Source: Verrucomicrobiales bacterium (lineage in GTDB: Bacteria; Verrucomicrobiota; Verrucomicrobiia; Limisphaerales; UBA9464). Taken from it: a stretch of 64,000 bases of DNA. A model generated the notes under the pieces. The model was not told the DNA's origin. It searched no databases and saw nothing but the letters and a program-made list of their open reading frames with translations. Positions 58,063 through 64,000 of the stretch are shown one piece after another (the first letter of the stretch is position 1; each line of letters opens with the position of its first letter). The stretch lies in assembly GCA_027490985.1 (NCBI GenBank), contig JAIXXC010000332.1:1562-65561 (forward strand), written 5' to 3'. A program made the translations under genes and the position numbers.

Positions 58063-58911
58063 TTACTTTTGCTTCATTGGACGGCCATCGCGGCGAACAA
58101 CGATGAACCGGTTGGAGAGTTTGAACTTCTTGCGGGTGCGGAAGCCCTTGGAGAGCACGCCCCACGGGGAAGCCAGGTGCTGGCGACCGCCACCACCCTT
58201 GGATTTGCCCTGACCACCACCGTTGGGGTGATCGACCGGGTTGCGAGCCATACCGCGAGTCAGCGGACGGACGCCGCGGTGAATCGAGCGACCCGCCTTG
58301 CCGAGAACGATGTTCTCGAACTGAGCGTTGCCGACCGATCCGACGGTGACCATGCAGTCTTCGTGGAACTTGCGGATTTCACCGGACGGCAGACGCAACT
58401 GGGCGTAGCCGGCGTCGCGGGACATCAGGGTCGCCGAAGAGCCCGCGGAGCGGACCAACTGACCTCCCTTGCCCGGGATCATCTCGATGTTGTGGATCGC
58501 GATGCCCACCGGAATCTTGGAAAGGGGCAATGCATTGCCAACGCTCGGAGGAGCCGTCGGACCGCTCATCACCGTGGCGCCCACAGTCAGACCGTCGGGG
58601 CACACGATGTATCGGCGTTCCTTGTCGGCGTACTCGAGGAGGGCCAGACGCGCGCTACGGATCGGATCGTATTCGACGGCGATGACCTTCGCCTCGATGC
58701 CGATCTTGTTCCGGCGGAAGTCCACGGTGCGGACCTTCTGCTTGTGGCCACCGCCACGAGCACGAACGGTCACCCGGCCGTAGTTGTTGCGGCCTCCTGT
58801 CTTTTTCCTGGTGTAAACCAAGGACTTTTCCGGACCCACTTTCGTGATGTCCGAATAGTCCTGCACGGTCAAATACCGTGTGGACGGCGTAAGCGGTCTA
58901 AACGTTTTCAC
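58063..58911 (-). CDS. rplB: 50S ribosomal protein L2
   Basis: 282 aa. Contains GRNNYGRVTVRARGGGHK, IHNIEMIPGKGGQLVRSAG, RGMARNPVDHPNGGGQG. Confidence 0.97.
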   Translation of the reverse strand: MKTFRPLTPSTRYLTVQDYSDITKVGPEKSLVYTRKKTGGRNNYGRVTVRARGGGHKQKVRTVDFRRNKIGIEAKVIAVEYDPIRSARLALLEYADKERRYIVCPDGLTVGATVMSGPTAPPSVGNALPLSKIPVGIAIHNIEMIPGKGGQLVRSAGSSATLMSRDAGYAQLRLPSGEIRKFHEDCMVTVGSVGNAQFENIVLGKAGRSIHRGVRPLTRGMARNPVDHPNGGGQGKSKGGGGRQHLASPWGVLSKGFRTRKKFKLSNRFIVVRRDGRPMKQK

Positions 58912-59126
58912 TGCAAATCAATCGTTGCACGGGGCGCAAACCCTCGTGTGCCTCGCCATCACTCCCTGTTGCGTCGGGCAACTCGGTTTTCGGCGGAGCA
59001 GTTTCGTTTTTCACTGGGAAGTGTTAAACGGGAGCGCAGAGCGTATTCTTTCCGGGGTGACCTTCAATACTTTTCTGAAAGTTTTTTCACCAACCGGCTC
59101 GATGGGCCTCCGGAAACATCGGCCGT

Positions 59127-60104
59127 TCACGGGGCTTCCGACCCCGTATTCGTTGGCTTTTTCCACGGTTTCGACGGTGGTTCGACCTCCCCCAACACCC
59201 GGTATCGAGTCCGGAAATGAAGTTTGGAAACTTTCGGCAACACCTCCGCGCCATGCCGTTCCACGAGCGCTTTGGCCGCGGATTCGACGGCCGGAGAAGC
59301 CCCACGCGGCAGGGGCATGGAGTAGGCTTTTTCGAGTTGTTTCATGCGCGCCAGATACTCGTGACGAGCCACGATCGATGCGGCCGCCACGGCCAGGTCT
59401 TCTTCGGCACGGTGGCGCTGAACCAACGGGAGGCCTTTGCCCAGATCCATGAGGGCCCTTTCGACGGTGGATTTGCTCGAGGCGAATTGATCGCTGATGG
59501 CCCGCACCGGCGGCGGGTTCAACAACGCCCCCCGTTCCAAGAGGTTTTCAATGGCCCTGGCGTGGCCCCAGGCGAGGACGGTGTTGACCGATCCATGGCG
59601 CGCATGAAGCCGATTGTAGGCCTCATTGCCGATGGCGATGACACTGACCTGGCAACCCGGTGTCTCACGGATGACGCGATTGAGCCGCTCGATCTGGGCG
59701 TCGCTGCCGACCGACTTGGAATCCCGGATTCCCTGGGTTTTCCAGGCCTCCAACACGGTCGCGTTCACGTAGACCGCGGCGACGCACAACGGCCCGAAGA
59801 AGTCGCCCTTGCCCGATTCGTCGACACCGATCCGGGGATCGAGCAGCGTCGGATCGAGGACCGCTTCGTAGCCCAGAGAAGCCTGGCCGATGATCTCGGG
59901 CTCCAGCACGAATTCGATGAACTCGCGGGTCCCCTTCCCTTGCACGACCAGCTTCCCGCTGAGGTAGAGGGTCACATTGACGTCCTTCTTGGCCCCGCTG
60001 ATCCGGGCGTAGGGCACTTCCCTCAATTGGTATCCACCCCAGTTCAGGTGGCTTTCCAAGCGGGCGGCCTGTTCCGGTGTCAGCGTGGCGGTATGACTGG
60101 TCAC
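59127..60104 (-). CDS. rnhC: Ribonuclease HIII
   Basis: 325 aa. An N-terminal roughly 85-aa TBP-like module (VNVTLYLSGKLVVQGKG) is followed by an RNase HII/HIII core with IGVDESGKGDFFGPLCVAAVYV, DSKSV and AEEDLAVAAASIVAR. Confidence 0.8.
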   Translation of the reverse strand: MTSHTATLTPEQAARLESHLNWGGYQLREVPYARISGAKKDVNVTLYLSGKLVVQGKGTREFIEFVLEPEIIGQASLGYEAVLDPTLLDPRIGVDESGKGDFFGPLCVAAVYVNATVLEAWKTQGIRDSKSVGSDAQIERLNRVIRETPGCQVSVIAIGNEAYNRLHARHGSVNTVLAWGHARAIENLLERGALLNPPPVRAISDQFASSKSTVERALMDLGKGLPLVQRHRAEEDLAVAAASIVARHEYLARMKQLEKAYSMPLPRGASPAVESAAKALVERHGAEVLPKVSKLHFRTRYRVLGEVEPPSKPWKKPTNTGSEAP

Positions 60105-60183
60105 AGGTCACGGTGGGCCCGGGATCGGGCCGGAAGTCGAGTCAGAACTGGCCCCAGAAGGGCCACAAGTTCAGCCTCTGGCC

Positions 60184-61335
60184 ATGGGGCAGCAAGGGGG
60201 CGACGAGTTCGAAGGGCGGGTTCAGACACTGGAAGACCAAACGGCTCTCGCCGTGGAGCGGTTGATGACGTGGTTCGACCGGACAGCACGCGATCTTCCC
60301 TGGCGGAAGACGCAGGACCCCTACGCGGTGTGGATTTCAGAGGTGATGCTGCAACAGACGCAGGTCCAGACGGTGATCCCCTACTGGACGCGCTGGATGG
60401 ACCGTCTGCCCACGATCCGCGATCTGGCCGAGGCTCCCCCTGAATCGGTTCTGAAGCTGTGGGAGGGCCTGGGCTACTACTCCCGGGCCCGCAACCTCCA
60501 GCGGGCCGCCCGCGAGATCCTCGAACGGTACGGCGGAGTCTTTCCTGGCGACGCGGCGACCCTGCTCTCGCTGCCCGGGATCGGCCCCTACACGGCCGGC
60601 GCGATCGCTTCCATCGCGCTGGATCAACCCGAGCCCATTCTGGATGGCAATGTCATGCGGGTGCTCACCCGAGTGCTCGCCCTCGAAGGAGATCCCAGGG
60701 CCAAGACGCTCAACGGCCGTCTCTGGTCGTGGGCGGCCCGGCTCGTCCAGACGGCCCACACCACCGAGAAACTGGGGCGGCGCCGATGTTCGCGACTCAA
60801 TCAGGCCCTGATGGAGCTGGGAGCCATGGTCTGCACTCCGGGCGCGCGGCCCGATTGCGCCCGCTGTCCGCTGTCCGAAATCTGCGAGGCCCGGCGATCC
60901 GGCACTCCTGAGCGCTTCCCGGAATTGCCATCCAGGGTGGCGATCACCCCCCGATACCATGCGACGGCGATCCTCAAGCATCAGGAGCGATATCTGCTGA
61001 GGCTTCGCGAAGGCACGGAGGTCAATCGCGGGTTCTGGGAGTTCCCCAATTGGGAGATCGAGGCCGGCGACAACCCCGAAACGGTGCTGGGAAGCCGCTT
61101 GGGCATCGCCCCGAACGCCTGGACCGCCCTGCCCGATCTTCGCCATCACATTACGCGCTACCGGATCACTCAGCGGATCCGGCTCGCCGATCACCTGCCC
61201 TCCTCGGACCTGACAGCCGGCACCTGGCATTGGGCCACCCCGGCTGAACTGCGCGCACTGCCCATGACGGCGGCCCATCGGAAGCTGGCCCGCCGTCTGG
61301 AACCCGAGCCCGGGAAAAGCCCGCAATTGTCTTAA
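60184..61335 (+). CDS. mutY: A/G-specific adenine DNA glycosylase MutY
   Basis: Contains LPWRKTQDPYAVWISEVMLQQTQV, GLGYYSRARNL, LPGIGPYTAGAIASIA and the 4Fe-4S cluster C..CARCPLSEIC. A C-terminal NUDIX-like domain is present (FWEFPNWE). The start may be internal (MTWFDRTARD). Confidence 0.9.
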   Translation: MGQQGGDEFEGRVQTLEDQTALAVERLMTWFDRTARDLPWRKTQDPYAVWISEVMLQQTQVQTVIPYWTRWMDRLPTIRDLAEAPPESVLKLWEGLGYYSRARNLQRAAREILERYGGVFPGDAATLLSLPGIGPYTAGAIASIALDQPEPILDGNVMRVLTRVLALEGDPRAKTLNGRLWSWAARLVQTAHTTEKLGRRRCSRLNQALMELGAMVCTPGARPDCARCPLSEICEARRSGTPERFPELPSRVAITPRYHATAILKHQERYLLRLREGTEVNRGFWEFPNWEIEAGDNPETVLGSRLGIAPNAWTALPDLRHHITRYRITQRIRLADHLPSSDLTAGTWHWATPAELRALPMTAAHRKLARRLEPEPGKSPQLS

Positions 61336-61365
61336 CGGCCTGTCGGAGCCACTCTGTGGGGACAA

Positions 61366-62133
61366 GTGAACGACGGACGCCTCATCGCCCCAGAGCACCC
61401 GCATTTCTCGGGCTTCATCTTCAAGATCCAGGCCAACATGGATCCGAAGCACCGCGACCGCATCGCGTTCGTCCGCATCGTGAGCGGGAAGTTCGAGCGG
61501 GACATGACCGTGATCCATGTCCAGTCGGGCCGGAAGGTCCGGCTGAGTTCGTCCCACAAACTCTTCGGCAACGAGCGGGAGACCGTCGACGAAGCCTTCC
61601 CGGGAGACATCATCGGCCTGGTGGGCCACGACGGATTCGGCATCGGCGACACCCTGAGCACCGACCCCAAGGTCCGGTTCGATGAGATTCCCCGGTTCAC
61701 GCCGGAGGTGTTCGAATATTTCCACAACCCCAACACGGCGAAGTTCAAGCAGTTCCGACAGGGTCTCGACCAATTGCTGCTGGAGGGAGTGGCCCAGGCC
61801 TTCAACCTGAAGGATACGGCGAGTCGGGTGCCCCTGCTCGCGGCGGTGGGCCCTCTCCAGTTCGAAGTGCTGCAATACCGTCTGGAAACCGAATACAACG
61901 CGGAGACGCGGCGCGAGAGTGCTCCGTTCACCGCGGTCCGCTGGCTACCGCAGGGCACTCCCACCGAGACGCTGGATTCGATTTCCCTCCCCACCGGAGC
62001 CCGCTTCGCCTTCGACATGGACTCCAACCCGGTGGTCCTGTTCCCCAGCGAGTGGTCGTTGGGGTACTTCGCGCAGAACCATCCCAATCTCGCACTGACC
62101 TCGCTCGCACCCCCTCGTTCGCACACCCGGTAA
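61366..62133 (+). pseudogene. prfC: Peptide chain release factor 3 (prfC) C-terminal half only (domains II-III); the GTPase domain is absent
   Basis: 255 codons from GTG. Contains FSGFIFKIQANMDPKHRDRIAFVRIVSGKFE, GDIIGLVGHDGFGIGDT, IPRFTPEVF and LLAAVGPLQFEVLQYRLETEYN. There is no G1-G5 region anywhere upstream, because mutY occupies that space. It could be a truncated remnant or an expressed stand-alone fragment; its status is undetermined. Confidence 0.75.
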
Positions 62134-62163
62134 CCCTCCATCGCCCTTTTCGAATCGCCTGAT

Positions 62164-63387
62164 ATGACCTCCGCGACTGATTTCGCCTCACCGGCCATGC
62201 CCGACTCGACCGGCCATTTCGGGCCGTTTGGCGGACGCTATGTTCCCGAAACCCTCGTCCACCCGCTCCAACAGCTCGAAGACGAGTACTGGAGAGCCCA
62301 GCAGGATCCGGAGTTCCAGCGGGAACTCGACTATTACCTGCGGGAATTCGTCGGTCGTCCGACGCCCTTGTACTTCGCGGAGCGTCTGACCCGATCACTG
62401 GGAGGGGCCAAGATCTACCTGAAGCGGGAAGACCTGCTGCACACCGGCGCCCACAAGATCAACAATGCCATGGGGCAGGTTCTCCTGGCCAAGCGGATGG
62501 GCAAGACCCGCATCATCGCCGAGACGGGAGCGGGCCAGCACGGCGTCGCCACGGCCACGGTATCGGCCATGTTCGGCATGAAGTGCGTCATCTACATGGG
62601 TGCTGTCGATTGCAAGCGGCAGGAACTGAACGTCTACCGCATGAAGATGCTCGGGGCCGAGGTGGTGCCGGTGAAGGCCGGGCAACAGACCCTGAAGGAG
62701 GCCGTCAACGAAGCCATGCGCGACTGGGTGACCCACATCCGGAGCACGCACTACATCCTCGGCACGGCCTACGGGGCCCACCCCTACCCCGTGATGGTCC
62801 GCAATTTCCACCGGGTCATCGGAGACGAGGCGCGCGCGCAGATCCTTGAACGCGAGAAGCGCCTTCCGGATCTGCTGATCGCCTGCGTCGGCGGTGGATC
62901 CAACGCCATCGGTCTGTTCTACCCGTTCCTCAACGACGCCTCCGTCCGGATGCTGGGAGTCGAGGCGGGCGGTGAAGGAATACTGCCTGAGAAGCACGCC
63001 GCCCGCTTCCAGGGAGGCTCGCTCGGAGTGCTGCAGGGGACCCGGAGCTACATCCTCCAGGACGAATTCGGCCAGATCCAACTGACCCACAGTGTGAGCG
63101 CCGGACTCGACTACGCCGCCGTTGGGCCCGAGCACGCCTGGCTGAAGGACAGGAATCGGGTGGAATACGGCTACGCCACCGACACCGAAGCGTTGGATGC
63201 GTTCCAGCGTCTGGCCCAGCTGGAGGGGATCATCCCGGCGCTGGAAAGCGCACACGCCGTCGCCGGAGCGATCCGTCGGGCCCCCACCCTGCCCAAGGAC
63301 TCGGTGATCATCGTCAACCTCTCCGGTCGCGGCGACAAAGACGTCATGCAGGCGGCCCAGAAGCTCGAGATCCGGATGCCCGAGTAG
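62164..63387 (+). CDS. trpB: Tryptophan synthase beta chain
   Basis: 407 aa. Contains [47 protein letters not shown] and SAGLDY. Confidence 0.97.
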   Translation: MTSATDFASPAMPDSTGHFGPFGGRYVPETLVHPLQQLEDEYWRAQQDPEFQRELDYYLREFVGRPTPLYFAERLTRSLGGAKIYLKREDLLHTGAHKINNAMGQVLLAKRMGKTRIIAETGAGQHGVATATVSAMFGMKCVIYMGAVDCKRQELNVYRMKMLGAEVVPVKAGQQTLKEAVNEAMRDWVTHIRSTHYILGTAYGAHPYPVMVRNFHRVIGDEARAQILEREKRLPDLLIACVGGGSNAIGLFYPFLNDASVRMLGVEAGGEGILPEKHAARFQGGSLGVLQGTRSYILQDEFGQIQLTHSVSAGLDYAAVGPEHAWLKDRNRVEYGYATDTEALDAFQRLAQLEGIIPALESAHAVAGAIRRAPTLPKDSVIIVNLSGRGDKDVMQAAQKLEIRMPE

Positions 63388-63537
63388 GTCTTCTCTCGGC
63401 TCTCTGGGGCGTGCCACAGGGCCTGTGAAGCCGGCGAGATTGGCGCAATTGGCGCAATTGGCCAGACAGGCAGGATCGATCAGACAGGCCGCAAGATCGG
63501 ACCTGCCATGGGCGCAGACCTCGCCTCTGCCCGAAGC

Positions 63538-64000
63538 TTATTCGGGCGTCCCCTCGTCGCGGCGCCCTCCCAGCAACACCTGAGGATCGGGCTTGGGGAT
63601 GAGCGCGGTGCGCTCACGCAGCATTTGCGCCCGGAACAGATCGCGCTCGTCGGACCCCAGCTTCTCGCGAAGCGGATGGGCCAATTGCAGATGGGCCGGC
63701 TGACTGCGGAGGAACAGTTCGTCGGTGAGCGATTTCGGAGTCTTGCCGAAGACGCCCAGGTCGACGCCGAGCCGCAAAAAGCTGATGAGGTTCATGGCCT
63801 CTTTCGAGGAGATGCTCCAGCTGTTCCCAAGCACGCCATAGGCTCGGCCGATGTGATTGAGGAGCACGGCCGGTTTCTTCTCCATCTGGGAGAGGCGCGC
63901 GTTCTCTTCGTGCTCGATGATCTGGAGCAGGACCTTGTTGATGCGCTCCACGATGTCGTTCTCGGGCTCGCCCAGAGTCATCTGATTGGAGACCTGGAAT
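63538..64000 (-). CDS. mcsB: ATP:guanido phosphotransferase / protein arginine kinase McsB-like, C-terminal part (5' end beyond the right edge)
   Basis: The frame stays open to the window edge (..FQVSNQMTLGEPEND..). Contains LLNHIGRAYGVLGNSWSISSKEAMNLISFLRLGVDLG, LFLRSQPAHLQ and ERDLFRAQMLRE, which resemble the McsB C-terminal region. Confidence 0.65.
   Translation of the reverse strand, partial: FQVSNQMTLGEPENDIVERINKVLLQIIEHEENARLSQMEKKPAVLLNHIGRAYGVLGNSWSISSKEAMNLISFLRLGVDLGVFGKTPKSLTDELFLRSQPAHLQLAHPLREKLGSDERDLFRAQMLRERTALIPKPDPQVLLGGRRDEGTPE

Noticed and set aside
60337-61875. 512-aa minus-strand ORF, and the plus-strand ORF 59217..60443.
   Set aside because: They are antisense to mutY, the prfC fragment and rnhC respectively, and no motifs were seen.
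62164-63387. trpB without an adjacent trpA.
   Set aside because: Dispersed trp genes are common in several phyla, and trpA may simply be elsewhere. This is not unusual enough to flag.
63447-63500. Micro-repeats ATTGGCGCA x2.5 and CAGACAGGC x2 in the convergent spacer after trpB.
   Set aside because: They are very short with few copies and no hairpin or T-tract context. They are probably slippage noise in a terminator-less convergent spacer.

Overview
GC-rich bacterial chromosomal segment (roughly 60-65% G+C by eye, not computed). The gene content points to the PVC superphylum, most likely a Verrucomicrobiota-like organism (inference). That content includes DUF1549/DUF1553 plus DUF1501 genes, Planctomycete-cytochrome-c domains, FG-GAP/ASPIC giants, a multi-LamG giant exoprotein, RNase HIII and a Lys/Ala histone-like protein.

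Layout, left to right:
- An edge-truncated DUF1549/DUF1553 gene (minus strand), absent from the ORF track.
- A 9.6-kb gene for a 3199-aa secreted LamG/beta-propeller protein.
- A tightly overlapped minus-strand operon DUF2892-Trx2-MFP-RND, divergent from cutA.
- ruvC, mog, proS and a FAH-family gene.
- A three-gene PSCyt/WD40/DUF1549-1553 + DUF1501 + PPC-domain unit.
- Two tandem about 1230-aa FG-GAP/ASPIC (CRTAC1-like) paralogs.
- dnaA (without dnaN) and a Lys/Ala-repeat histone H1-like gene.
- lpxK, a double-DUF1080 protein, gnd, sodA, a GT4 glycosyltransferase and tRNA-Pro(TGG).
- A 13-kb ribosomal protein/secY/map/rpoA cluster running from rplB to rplQ.
- rnhC (RNase HIII), mutY, a G-domain-less prfC fragment, trpB and a partial mcsB-like gene at the right edge.

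Most long ORFs in the track that oppose these genes are antisense shadow ORFs typical of high-GC DNA. Two protein genes (the left-edge gene and rpmJ) and the tRNA were found by hand translation or folding and are not in the track. I see no rRNA, CRISPR array, transposase/integrase or recognisable defence system.

The items I consider most worth follow-up:
- The DUF2892-Trx2-MFP-RND module.
- The prfC fragment that sits in frame behind mutY.
- The internally duplicated giant exoprotein.
- The H1-like repeat gene next to dnaA.
- The secreted PSCyt/DUF1501/PPC and FG-GAP gene sets of unknown function.

All functional calls come from motif recognition by eye. No database search was run.
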